A stretch of DNA of 64,000 bases from an uncultured Mycoplasmatota bacterium (GTDB taxonomy: Bacteria > Bacillota_I > Bacilli_A > RF39 > UBA660): positions 5,032 to 69,031 of the forward strand of contig UREA01000005.1 of assembly GCA_900546715.1 (NCBI GenBank), given 5' to 3'. Below are positions 1 through 9,068 of this stretch, piece after piece. The notes beneath the pieces were generated by a model that was not told the origin of the DNA, did not search any database, and worked only from the letters and a program-made list of their open reading frames with translations. The position numbers and the translations under genes were made by a program. Numbering within the stretch: the stretch's first letter is position 1; each line of letters begins with the position of its first letter.

Positions 1-25
1 CTTAGGAATTTTTGTTTCACTTATA

Positions 26-445
26 ATGATTTTTACAGGATGTGCAAATTATTTTAATTATACTTATCCAGATATAGAAGATATGAGTACAGCGATATTA
101 GGATTTGTATTTATGTTATCTTCTATTTGTACGTTATATCTCACACAAGGATTCGGACAATTAATTATCAATTCCGAAAAAATTGCATCTTTTATTTCAA
201 AAGAAGATCAAGAAAATTTGCTCAATAAAACTGTTGAATCAAATGTATCAAAACAAAAAATTGTTCCTGAGCCTGTTCTACAACAAAAGAAAGAATATCA
301 AGCACCTAAAAATGAATTTTCATATTCTCAAACTAAAAATGTAAAAAATGACAATAATAGTAATAAAGGAAAAATAATAATATCAATTATATTTGGGATT
401 ATTATTGGAATAGTATTGACATTTGTCTGGGCGCTTAATTATTAA
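26..445 (+). CDS. hypothetical protein with C-terminal transmembrane helix
   Basis: ORF track. Hydrophobic C-terminus IIISIIFGIIIGIVLTFVWAL. No family recognised. Lies at the window edge, so the true start may be upstream. Confidence 0.3.
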   Translation: MIFTGCANYFNYTYPDIEDMSTAILGFVFMLSSICTLYLTQGFGQLIINSEKIASFISKEDQENLLNKTVESNVSKQKIVPEPVLQQKKEYQAPKNEFSYSQTKNVKNDNNSNKGKIIISIIFGIIIGIVLTFVWALNY

Positions 446-536
446 AATAAAAGAAAATCATAAATCAATAAACAATAGAACTGTAATTTTTCAAAAATCA
501 AGCAGGTATGAATAATTGTATGTGACTATTTTCCTG

Positions 537-565
537 TTGACAAAATAGAGGATGGGGTATATAAT
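537..565 (+). promoter_or_regulatory. sigma70-like promoter (TTGACA-17 nt-TATAAT)
   Basis: ttgaca at 537-542 and tataat at 560-565, with exact 17-nt spacing. Confidence 0.6.
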
Positions 566-709
566 AAAAATGAAAGTAGAGACGCTTTCAAGAAAGACTC
601 TGCTTAACAAAATTTGTTTTGTAAATGTTTGCCGCTTACTGATGGTGCGGGGTATAAATTATTCGGTGCGTAAATTTTGTCCCCCACTCATTTCGGGTGG
701 GGGACTTTT
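566..709 (+). ncRNA. leader RNA ending in an intrinsic terminator, upstream of the toxN-like gene; candidate type III antitoxin RNA
   Basis: Promoter at 537-565. Hairpins at gtagag/ctctgc, aacaaaa/ttttgt and ccgc/gcgg. Terminator stem gtcccccac/gtgggggac (679-705) plus a T run. Only loose repeats are visible (ggtgcg x2, gtaaatNtttgNccNc x2). Confidence 0.3.
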
Positions 710-729
710 ACAAAAAGAGGATGTAAAGA

Positions 730-1236
730 ATGAGCGTTAGTGTTGGGAAGTCGTATCATATTAAGGATTCTTTCTTTTCCTTAGTGAATGATAGTAAATT
801 GATGGTCAACAAAGAAGGAAATAATTACAGGCCTCATTTCTTTTTCTTTGAGGACACCAAAACAAAAGGCATTTATTGGGCTGTACCCCAAAGCACGAAA
901 ATTGCAAAATATCAAGCAATTATTCAACAAAAGATTGCAAAATACGACAAATGTAATACCATTGTTATAGGAAATTTCGGTGGACAGGACAACGCTTTTT
1001 TGATTCAAAATATGTTCCCAATAATAGAGAAGTATGTTGACCATGAACATACAATCAACGGTTTGGGTGTAAACATACATAGCACTTTATCAGCGTCTAT
1101 CATTTCCAATGCCAAAGAAGTTCTTTCATTACATGACCGTGGATACAAACTTGTATTTCCTAATATAAACAATATTTATGCTCTGATGAAGAATGAGCTA
1201 TATCCGGACGAAACAAGCGATGCAGCTAAGAACTGA
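730..1236 (+). CDS. ToxN/AbiQ-like endoribonuclease toxin (type III toxin-antitoxin family)
   Basis: 168 aa, a typical ToxN/AbiQ length. The segments RPHFFFFEDTKTKGIYWAVPQSTKIAKY and AFLIQNMFPIIEKYV resemble ToxN segments as I recall them (..FIGIVLEIQGHKYLAPLTSPKKWH.. and ..LINLKFMIPIIEAEV..). The promoter-RNA-terminator-toxin layout is typical of type III TA loci. Confidence 0.5.
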   Translation: MSVSVGKSYHIKDSFFSLVNDSKLMVNKEGNNYRPHFFFFEDTKTKGIYWAVPQSTKIAKYQAIIQQKIAKYDKCNTIVIGNFGGQDNAFLIQNMFPIIEKYVDHEHTINGLGVNIHSTLSASIISNAKEVLSLHDRGYKLVFPNINNIYALMKNELYPDETSDAAKN

Positions 1237-1290
1237 TCGAATATCAGTTCTTTTACTGGGGACCTGGCATTAAACCAGGTCCTCTTTTTC
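1229..1290 (+). terminator. two tandem intrinsic terminator hairpins
   Basis: agaactgat/atcagttct overlaps the stop codon and is followed by tttt. ggggacctgg/ccaggtcctc is followed by ttttt. Confidence 0.6.
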
Positions 1291-1352
1291 TATTTGAACA
1301 CAAAAAAATCTATTTTACGAATTGAAGTTTTTAATTCATAAAGCAAAAAATA

Positions 1353-1381
1353 TTGACAAATTATAAAAAATATAATATAAT
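1353..1381 (+). promoter_or_regulatory. sigma70-like promoter (TTGACA-17 nt-TATAAT)
   Basis: ttgaca at 1353-1358 and tataat at 1376-1381. Confidence 0.6.
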
Positions 1382-1387
1382 ATTAAA

Positions 1388-1607
1388 AACCCAACAGAGA
1401 GTGGCGCTGGATGCTGGATGGCGCTATATAAATTAGAGCTTTATATTCAAGCCTAAGCATGCGAAAACTGCTTGTCGTTACTATTCAATGACGACTGGAA
1501 CGATAACTTCTGCATGAGACGAGTGACGGTTCTGACTCGTCGGTAAAATAAAAACTGACCGAACGAAGTTATCCAACAGGGAGGGAAATTCCTTCCCTGT
1601 TTTTTTC
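1388..1607 (+). ncRNA. orphan structured RNA of about 220 nt, family unknown
   Basis: Flanked by a consensus promoter and a strong terminator (cagggaggg/ccttccctg, 1577-1599, plus T7). No ORF. Internal helices aagca/tgctt, gtcgt/acgac and gacgagt/actcgtc, all enclosed by a long-range 9-bp helix gataacttc/gaagttatc. Visibly GC-richer than its flanks. Confidence 0.45.
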
Positions 1608-1633
1608 TTTTTAGAAAAATACTGCTTTCAATA

Positions 1634-1662
1634 TTGACTTTCTAATAAAAATAAGATATACT
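1634..1662 (+). promoter_or_regulatory. sigma70-like promoter (TTGACT-17 nt-TATACT)
   Basis: ttgact at 1634-1639 and tatact at 1657-1662. Confidence 0.5.
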
Positions 1663-1714
1663 AATTAAAAAATAGCAAACAAAATAAAACGCAATGCAGG
1701 AGGTATATTAAAAA

Positions 1715-2707
1715 ATGATTTATCTTGATAGTGCTGCTACATCTCGTTATTATGTCTCCGTGAAAGATTTTTTCAAAAATCCTCATGCTAATCATGCTTT
1801 AGGAATTAAAGCTCAAAAAGAAATGGACAGATGTAGAGAAATTATTAAAAAATATATTCATGTAAATGAAGGTATTGTAATTTTTGGATATAGCTCAACG
1901 GATTTAGCTAATAGATTGTTTAATCATCCTAAAGTTATTGGAAACGGAGTATTTATTTTTGGTGATGAACATGAATCTTTTTATCAATATGATAATCCAA
2001 TATGTACTTCCTATGTATTTCAAACACAAACATTAGTAAATAATATTACCGGTATCAAAAAACCTTTAGTTCGTAAAATGGAAAATACTTTTGTCATTGC
2101 GGATTATACGGCTGCTATTCATCATATGGTATTACCTGATAATGCAGAAGAATGTTATGATGCAATTATTGCAAGTGGACATAAATTCAATGGACCTCAA
2201 GGAACCGGGTTTATGTGGATTAGTGACCGTTTACAAAAATATTTAGGTGGTAATATTTGTGGTAATAATGAATATGGTTTTGTGCCAGGAACTCCTAATG
2301 TTAATGGGATTTTTGCTATGACAGAAGCATTGACAAAAGATGATTATACTTATATTTACAGCGAAGATTTATTAAAATCATTAAAAACAGTTTTTAATAG
2401 AAAAAATATAGAATATAAAATTATAGGAGAAAATACAAATAAAATTGCTGCTATCAATGCAATTTATCTTCCTGGGATAAACGCAGATGCTTTAACCAAT
2501 TATTTATCTACCAAAGCAATTTATATTAGTCCTGGACATTCTGCTTGTGCTGAAGAATCTGATTATAGAGTATTGAATTTTTATGGCTTAACAGATGAAG
2601 AAGCAGCTTGTACTATTAGAATTTCTTTTGATTCTCAAAATAACTATGGAGAAATTAATGAATTAGCGAAAGAAATTAGTTATTTTACAGATAAATTTGT
2701 AAAATAA
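1715..2707 (+). CDS. class V aminotransferase / cysteine desulfurase (NifS/IscS-like)
   Basis: PLP-lysine motif SGHKFNGPQGTGFMW. Catalytic Cys loop SPGHSACAEES. N-terminal YLDSAAT. RBS aggagg upstream. Confidence 0.7.
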   Translation: MIYLDSAATSRYYVSVKDFFKNPHANHALGIKAQKEMDRCREIIKKYIHVNEGIVIFGYSSTDLANRLFNHPKVIGNGVFIFGDEHESFYQYDNPICTSYVFQTQTLVNNITGIKKPLVRKMENTFVIADYTAAIHHMVLPDNAEECYDAIIASGHKFNGPQGTGFMWISDRLQKYLGGNICGNNEYGFVPGTPNVNGIFAMTEALTKDDYTYIYSEDLLKSLKTVFNRKNIEYKIIGENTNKIAAINAIYLPGINADALTNYLSTKAIYISPGHSACAEESDYRVLNFYGLTDEEAACTIRISFDSQNNYGEINELAKEISYFTDKFVK

Positions 2708-2725
2708 TAATAAGGAGTATTTAAT

Positions 2726-3820
2726 TTGAATGAGCAAATCAATGTTAAAATACTCAAATCTAAACTTACAATAGAAGATCATAAAAAAATATTAAACTAT
2801 CTTAATATACCAGTTTTTAATGAAACAGAAACTACCATCAATTATTGGACTGGTGATAAAAACAAAGATGCTTATAAAGGTAGCCCAGGAAAATTAGTTT
2901 TTTATAAAGACAACAAAATTTATGTGGGGTATACTTCTGGTCGAACTTATGATATTATTTCTCTTTGTCAAGTTCGATTAAATTTATTGAATAAAAAAAG
3001 TAATTTTTTAGATGCTATTAATTTTATTTTAGAATGTACTAATATTCAAAGTAAATCTGTCCAAAGAATTAATAAACCTAATGTTTGTAATTGGCAATCA
3101 AATTTAGAAAAATTTATAAGATTTAAAAATAATGAATCTATTTTTCAAGAATATGATGATTCTATCCTTTTGAATTTTTCTAATTCGTATTATGAAGGAT
3201 GGATAAATGAAGGTATTAGTATTCAATCAATGATAAAATATGAAATACGATATTATGATTATACTAATCAAATTATTATTCCTTGTAGAAATAAAGATGG
3301 AAATTTAATTGGTATAAGATGTCGAAATTTACATCCAGATCGAATAAATTATGCTAAGTATATTCCTTTAATTTTATTCAACAATAAGTGTTATAAATTT
3401 AATACCAACAATGAATTTTATGGCATATATTATAATTGGCCTGCGATAAAAAAAAAGAAAGAAGTAATATTAGTAGAAGGAGAAAAAAGCGTCTTAAAAG
3501 CCGATACTTGGTTTAATACTAATAGTAATGTTTTAGCTTTATATGGATCACAATTAGGATTGCACAGAAGAAACCAACTTGTAAAAATGGGAGTAAATAA
3601 AGTTATTTTAGCCTTAGATAGTGATTTTCATAACATAGGCGATAAAGAATATGAAGCCTTTGAAAAGAAAATTTTTTCATTAGGTAAACTATTTAAGGGT
3701 TATGCCAAAGTTTCTGTTATTTATAATAATATTGGGCTTGAAAACGCTTATAAATGCTCTCCTTTTGACTTTACATTAAATGAATATAAAACGCTTTATG
3801 ACAATCAAGAAGTATTATAA
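2726..3820 (+). CDS. DNA primase, Toprim domain (DnaG-like)
   Basis: TTG start after RBS aaggag. Toprim signature EVILVEGEKSVLKA ... ILALDSDF. No clear N-terminal zinc finger. Confidence 0.65.
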   Translation: MNEQINVKILKSKLTIEDHKKILNYLNIPVFNETETTINYWTGDKNKDAYKGSPGKLVFYKDNKIYVGYTSGRTYDIISLCQVRLNLLNKKSNFLDAINFILECTNIQSKSVQRINKPNVCNWQSNLEKFIRFKNNESIFQEYDDSILLNFSNSYYEGWINEGISIQSMIKYEIRYYDYTNQIIIPCRNKDGNLIGIRCRNLHPDRINYAKYIPLILFNNKCYKFNTNNEFYGIYYNWPAIKKKKEVILVEGEKSVLKADTWFNTNSNVLALYGSQLGLHRRNQLVKMGVNKVILALDSDFHNIGDKEYEAFEKKIFSLGKLFKGYAKVSVIYNNIGLENAYKCSPFDFTLNEYKTLYDNQEVL

Positions 3821-3864
3821 TTAAATAAAAATGGAGTAATACTCCATATATAATAATATAATTT

Positions 3865-4089
3865 ATGAAAGGAATAAGTATTATGAACAAGAAAAATCGT
3901 TTTTATGCGAATCGCATGGCAATCAAGGCTATCAGCGAGAAAGAGGGCGTAGATGTAGACATTGCCTCCCGCATGTATGCACAGCAGCAGGGCTGGACCG
4001 GCTGGGAAAAGGAAATGGACGAGTGGAATGATATTCAGCGTTCCTATATGCTATCTAATACAAAAACATTAGCTGATCTTTTCAAGTAA
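3865..4089 (+). CDS. hypothetical protein (GC-richer island)
   Basis: ORF track. Composition differs from the neighbouring genes. The start could instead be the ATG at 3883. Confidence 0.35.
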   Translation: MKGISIMNKKNRFYANRMAIKAISEKEGVDVDIASRMYAQQQGWTGWEKEMDEWNDIQRSYMLSNTKTLADLFK

Positions 4090-4101
4090 GAAGGGATTTT
4101 T

Positions 4102-4209
4102 ATGAAAGACGAAAATAAATCTTTCCCTGTCATATATTCAGAAGATGATGTTCCAGAAACCATGCTTGAAGAAATAAATAATGGAAAAGGAGAAGATGAA
4201 AATGAGTAA
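4102..4209 (+). CDS. small acidic ORF (35 aa)
   Basis: ATG at 4102 after RBS aagaaggg. Translates to MKDENKSFPVIYSEDDVPETMLEEINNGKGEDENE. Its stop overlaps the amidase start (ATGA-type coupling). Confidence 0.25.
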   Translation: MKDENKSFPVIYSEDDVPETMLEEINNGKGEDENE

Positions 4210-4963
4210 TAGTCCTCTTGTCACTTACACTAAACTTTCTCCTAATCATTCTGGAAAACGCAATCATGCGATTGATACTATTTCAATTCACTGTATGGCA
4301 GGTAATGCCAGTGTAGAAACTTGTGGAGCTTTATTTGCAAATCCATCTCGTAAAGCCAGTAGTAACTACGGCATTGGAAGCGACGGACGGATTGCCTTAT
4401 ATGTAGATGAAGCAAATCGTTCTTGGTGCACTTCCAGCGCCTCTAATGATAATCGCGCTATCACTATTGAGGTGGCCAATAATGGTGGTGCTCCAGATTG
4501 GCCGGTATCAAGTAAAGCCTATGCCGCATTGCTGGACCTATTGACAGATATCTGCCGGAGAAATGGGATCAAGAAACTGCTGTGGAAAGGGGATAAATCC
4601 TTGATCGGCCAGGTGGACAAGCTAAATATGACGGTTCACCGGTGGTTCGCCGCTAAAGCTTGCCCGGGGGATTATCTATACAATCGGCACGGAGAGATTG
4701 CTTCTGAAGTAAATCGGCGACTGGAAGGAGAAGAAGAAATGGATGTTGCAAAATTAATTTCTGAAATGACTAATGAGCAAGCATATCAGCTTATGCAAAA
4801 AGCAGAACTTCATGCTAAAACATTAGCTGAACCTGCTTGGTCTAAAAATGAAGGTCATTGGGCAAAAGCTACAAAAAATGGTATTGTAGATGGCACCAGT
4901 CCAGAACGGCCAATGAAACGAGATGAAGTAATTGCTGTTCTTGGTAGAAAGAATTTAATTTAA
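4202..4963 (+). CDS. N-acetylmuramoyl-L-alanine amidase (Amidase_2/PGRP-like endolysin)
   Basis: TISIHCMAG ... SSNYGIGSDGRIALYVDE ... AITIEVAN ... HRWFAAKACPG are typical Amidase_2 motifs. Of the three in-frame ATGs (4181, 4196, 4202), the one at 4202 has the best RBS spacing (aaggag). Confidence 0.75.
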   Translation: MSNSPLVTYTKLSPNHSGKRNHAIDTISIHCMAGNASVETCGALFANPSRKASSNYGIGSDGRIALYVDEANRSWCTSSASNDNRAITIEVANNGGAPDWPVSSKAYAALLDLLTDICRRNGIKKLLWKGDKSLIGQVDKLNMTVHRWFAAKACPGDYLYNRHGEIASEVNRRLEGEEEMDVAKLISEMTNEQAYQLMQKAELHAKTLAEPAWSKNEGHWAKATKNGIVDGTSPERPMKRDEVIAVLGRKNLI

Positions 4964-4971
4964 TTTTAAAT

Positions 4972-5006
4972 AAAAATAAGAGGGCATATTTACCCTCTTA
5001 TTTTTA
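4972..5006 (+). terminator. intrinsic terminator
   Basis: Stem taagaggg/ccctctta (4977-5000) followed by ttttt. Confidence 0.6.
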
Positions 5007-5029
5007 TTTAAAATTGTATGACTTGCTAA

Positions 5030-5058
5030 TTGAATTTAAAGCAAAAATTTGTTACAAT
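5030..5058 (+). promoter_or_regulatory. sigma70-like promoter with extended -10
   Basis: ttgaat at 5030-5035, then 17 nt, then TGt-tacaat at 5053-5058. Confidence 0.5.
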
Positions 5059-5090
5059 GTAAATAGCAATAAATATAAGGAGAAAGAATT

Positions 5091-5543
5091 GTGAATGAAA
5101 ATACTATATTATCTGAAAAAAAAATAAAAAAATACTTACGATGCGCAAAAAAAGTTTCTTTATTAAGTGACAATAAAAAAACTCGCGTAGGATGTGTAGT
5201 GGTATATAAAAATAAAATTATTAGTGTAGGACATAATTATGAAAATAAAACAAATCCTTTGCAGAAAAAATACAATGAATTAAGAGGATATAATCCTAAT
5301 GATTCTATAAGCAGAAATACTTTACATGCAGAAATTGACGCACTTCTTTCAATAGAACAAAATATAGAAAATTATAATAAAATACATTTATTTATTGTTC
5401 GTAGTAAGCGCGATGAATCAAATGGCATAGCCAGGCCCTGTCCTGCATGTATGGGTTTAATAAAAAAAATGGGAATAAAAAATATATATTATTCTACTGA
5501 AAATGGCCCTGGCAGTTGGTGTTATGAAAAAATAAAAGAATAA
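5091..5543 (+). CDS. dCMP deaminase (zinc-dependent cytidine/deoxycytidylate deaminase fold)
   Basis: GTG start after aaggag. Zinc motifs HAEIDAL and PCPACMGLI. Confidence 0.75.
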   Translation: MNENTILSEKKIKKYLRCAKKVSLLSDNKKTRVGCVVVYKNKIISVGHNYENKTNPLQKKYNELRGYNPNDSISRNTLHAEIDALLSIEQNIENYNKIHLFIVRSKRDESNGIARPCPACMGLIKKMGIKNIYYSTENGPGSWCYEKIKE

Positions 5544-5581
5544 ATTGTTCTTTTATTATAAAAATCTATAAGGAGATTATT

Positions 5582-7231
5582 ATGGAAATACAAACATTAT
5601 TACCAAAAATAACAAACAATTTTTTAGAAGATTATCTTAAATCTTGTGGAGTGGATGATGTAGAAACATATTTAAATGCCGATTTAAATTGTGTAGACAA
5701 TCCATTACAATATATAGATATGAATAAAGCAATAAAAAGATTGCAGAATGCTATTAAAAGAAAAGAAAAAATTGGTATTCTTATTGATTCTGATGCTGAC
5801 GGTATTTTATCATCTGCACTTTTATATTCTTTTTTAAAAGAGTATTTAGATGTAAAAGATATTGTTATTTATAATCATATTGGAAAACAACATGGATTAG
5901 TTCAAAATGAACAAGAGAATATTATTTCACAAATCGTTCAAAGTGATATCAGTCTTTTATTTTGTCCTGATTCTGCATCTAATGACGTTGAACAAGTTAA
6001 TTTACTTAAAGAATATGGTGTTGATGTTATTATATTAGATCACCATGAAATTGAAAAAATAAATTCTAATGCCATAGTAATTAATCATCATAGAAGTAAA
6101 AATTTGAATACTGCTTTGTCTGGATGTGGTGTAACATTTAAATTTGTACAAGCATATTCTCAAAAAATGGACATTGATATTAAAAATCAATATTATGATA
6201 TGGTAGCTATTAGTTTAGTTACTGATATGTGTAATATGACATCTTTGGAAAATCATGCTTTATTTAAATACGGAATTAATAATATAACAAATCCAATGAT
6301 AAAAGCAATGATTGAAGAATATTCTTTTAGAGATATAAGTCCATATAATATAGCTTGGTCTATCTCTCCTAAAATCAACTCTGTATTTAGAGCCGGAACA
6401 TTAGAAGACAAGAATAATTTTTTCTATTGTTTTGTAGAAGAAAGACCAATTTTTCAAGGATTAGATATTTGTGAATTTTGTCACAAAAATCAAAGAAAAA
6501 TTGTGAATACTTTGACAAAAGAATTAAACTCTAATTTAGAAAAATATGATAATGTAATTATTGGTTTTGCTTTTAATGAAGAAACTGTTTATAATGGATT
6601 AATTGCTAATAAAATTGCAGGTACAAATCATAAAACCACTTTAGTTATTAGAGAAATACAAGATAAATATATGGGTTCTTTAAGATCACCAATAGACATT
6701 GCTAATAAAATTAATGATACTGGTTTAGCTTTATGCCAAGGACATTTGCAAGCATGTGGAATTGAATTAGAAAAAAATAAATTGAATGATTTAGTTGAAT
6801 GGTTCAATCATCAAACTTTTTCTATAAAAAAGAATGTGTCTGCTATTATTGAAGCTAAACAAATCACTCAATCTTTATGCCAAATAATAGAGAATAATAA
6901 AGATTTGTGGAATAGTAGCGAAGCAGCTAAAATAACAAAGCCAAAGTTTTATATTACTTTTTCAAATGACAGTTATAATATTTACACCAATAGAACAACA
7001 ACAATTAAATTTAATGTAAATGGCACAAATATTATTAAATTTAGAGCTAAAAAAGAAGATGTAGAACTAATAGAAAAAGAAGATTGTAAAATCGAAGCTA
7101 TTATCACTTTATCTATTAATGAATGGAATGGTAATAAATATCCGCAAGCTATTATTGAAGAATGGGAAATCGTACCCACAACAAAAAATTCAACATTATA
7201 CGATAATAATAATTGGGCGTGTAATTGGTAA
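5582..7231 (+). CDS. RecJ-like DHH-family single-strand DNA exonuclease
   Basis: DHH-family motifs ILIDSDADGILSSA, CPDSASND and ILDHHE. Confidence 0.65.
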   Translation: MEIQTLLPKITNNFLEDYLKSCGVDDVETYLNADLNCVDNPLQYIDMNKAIKRLQNAIKRKEKIGILIDSDADGILSSALLYSFLKEYLDVKDIVIYNHIGKQHGLVQNEQENIISQIVQSDISLLFCPDSASNDVEQVNLLKEYGVDVIILDHHEIEKINSNAIVINHHRSKNLNTALSGCGVTFKFVQAYSQKMDIDIKNQYYDMVAISLVTDMCNMTSLENHALFKYGINNITNPMIKAMIEEYSFRDISPYNIAWSISPKINSVFRAGTLEDKNNFFYCFVEERPIFQGLDICEFCHKNQRKIVNTLTKELNSNLEKYDNVIIGFAFNEETVYNGLIANKIAGTNHKTTLVIREIQDKYMGSLRSPIDIANKINDTGLALCQGHLQACGIELEKNKLNDLVEWFNHQTFSIKKNVSAIIEAKQITQSLCQIIENNKDLWNSSEAAKITKPKFYITFSNDSYNIYTNRTTTIKFNVNGTNIIKFRAKKEDVELIEKEDCKIEAIITLSINEWNGNKYPQAIIEEWEIVPTTKNSTLYDNNNWACNW

Positions 7232-7240
7232 TATATAAAA

Positions 7241-7423
7241 ATGAAATATACCTTATTGATTACAGAAATAAAAAAGAAAGAAAAGATTTTATATTTGAAA
7301 TCTTATGGTTATTATAAAGATTTAGTCTTTGTTGTAGAAAGACAATGGGAGAATGATAAATTAAATGATAAAGAAAGAAGTATAATGGAACATATGGGAG
7401 TTAAAACTTATGAGCTACTTTAG
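7241..7423 (+). CDS. hypothetical small protein
   Basis: ORF track only. Overlaps the dnaE start. Confidence 0.3.
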   Translation: MKYTLLITEIKKKEKILYLKSYGYYKDLVFVVERQWENDKLNDKERSIMEHMGVKTYELL

Positions 7424-8798
7424 TATTCACAATCATTCGGATATTGGCTCTAATGCAGGGCTTGGTTTTCCAGATACAATTTGTCGTGTACCCGATTTAA
7501 TTCAGAGAGCTTATGATTTAGGATTGCCTGGAATAGCTTTAACAGATCATGAATCATTAAGTGGACATATTCAAGCACTTAATTATTATAATTCTATGGG
7601 AAAAGATCGTTCTTTTACATTAGGATTAGGCAATGAAATTTATCTTGTTCCTGAAGAATGGGATGAGATAAATAAAGAACATCATAATACATATCCGTAC
7701 TGTCATTTTATTTTATTAGCTTTAGATAATGATGGACATAAACAACTTCGAGAACTTTCTACAAGAGCTTGGAAAAGAAGTTGGAAACAAAGAAGAATAT
7801 ATCGTTGTCCTACATATTATTCAGATTTAGAAGAAATTATTAAACCCAATCAAGGACATGTTATTGCTTCGACAGCTTGCTTGGGCGGAATAATTAGCAG
7901 ATTATTATTGGACAATAAATGGGAAAAAGCATTTGGAGAAAATGGAGAATTAAACAAATTTATAAATATTTTTGGGAGAGATAATATTTATCTTGAAATT
8001 CAACCTCCTAAAGATGCAAATTGCGATCAAAGTAAAGTCAATAGATTAATGTGGAAAGGTCATGAATTTACAGGAATAAAAATTATTCCGAGTTCCGATT
8101 CACATTATCTTAAAAAAGAAGATGCTTTTATTCATAAAATTTATTTAAATTCTCAAGAAGGAGATAGAGAAGTTGATGAATTTTATGCAACAACTTATCT
8201 TATGTCTCCTGATGATCTTCGAGAACATTTGTGTATAGATTTTACAGATGAACAAATAGAACAAATGTTTGAATGGTCTTTAGAAATTTGTAATAGAATA
8301 AAAGGATATAATTTTAATCATGATCCAATTATTCCTCAAATTCCAAAAGAAAAAATCCCAGATTCATTTACTATTCAGCATTGGTTCAAAGAATATTATA
8401 AAAATTATCCTGATTTTGCTTATTATGCTCTTAATAAAAACAATAACAAATGGGAAGAATATTTTTTTTATCAAGTGGAACAAGGATTAAAATCTAAAAT
8501 AGTAGATAAAGGAAAAGATTTACAATTATATATTGCTCGACTTAATGAAGAATTTGAACAATTTAGATTGATTAGTGAACAACTGAATACTTCTATTCCT
8601 TCTTATTTTTCTTCTATGTCAAAAATTATTGATCTTATATGGGAATCAAATAGTTTGGCTATGCCCGCTCGTGGTAGTAGTGCTGCGTCATTAACTAATT
8701 ATCTTTTAGAAGTTACTCAAATTGACCCTGTTCCATTAGGAAACTACTTTCCTTTCTGGAGGTTTTTAAGTGTCGAACGTGGAACAGAGCTTCCAGAT
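7410..8798 (+). CDS. dnaE: DNA polymerase III alpha (DnaE-type), exon 1: PHP domain and start of palm
   Basis: PHP motif SIHNHSDIGS ... ALTDHESLSG. The exon ends ..RFLSVERGTELPD, in the middle of the palm motif PDxDxDF. The unspliced frame hits a stop immediately after. Confidence 0.85.
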
Positions 8799-9068
8799 TA
8801 ACAACATAGTCTGGCTATATGGTGACATATAGAAAACAAGATGGTGAACCCGTACTTGCGGGGTGTGTCTAAAAAGATGCTAACAGTGAAAATCTTGGCC
8901 TACTGAATCGGGTTATGACAACACTGTGCCAAGGCCAAAAGGCAAGGTGCAACGACTAAGTGGCATTATGGTGAAATTCCTATTGTCCAGCGCCATCCTC
9001 TCTATTCTTATAGAGATGAAGATATAGTCTGATCTCATAGAAAATCATAACTATGAGCTAACACAATG
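8799..9068 (+). mobile_element. group I intron, ORF-less (dnaE intron 1)
   Basis: Follows exon U8798 and ends at G9068. Guide gtctgg (8809-8814) pairs with exon ccagat (8793-8798), with a terminal G.U. P7 strands are caacgacta (8950-8958) and aagatatagtc (9019-9029). Removal gives ..ELPD|IDNDSE.., restoring PDIDxD. Confidence 0.85.

Noticed and set aside
552-740. Track ORF of 62 aa upstream of the toxin gene
   Set aside because: It starts within the promoter -10 region (its ATG at 552 lies upstream of the -10 hexamer), runs through the terminator hairpin and has no RBS. The region is better explained as a non-coding leader.
1-1300. The left end as host or prophage-flank DNA, with an attachment site or integrase
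   Set aside because: No integrase, recombinase or att-like repeat is visible. Promoter style and composition are continuous with the following phage early genes. The origin of this segment cannot be settled from the window alone.
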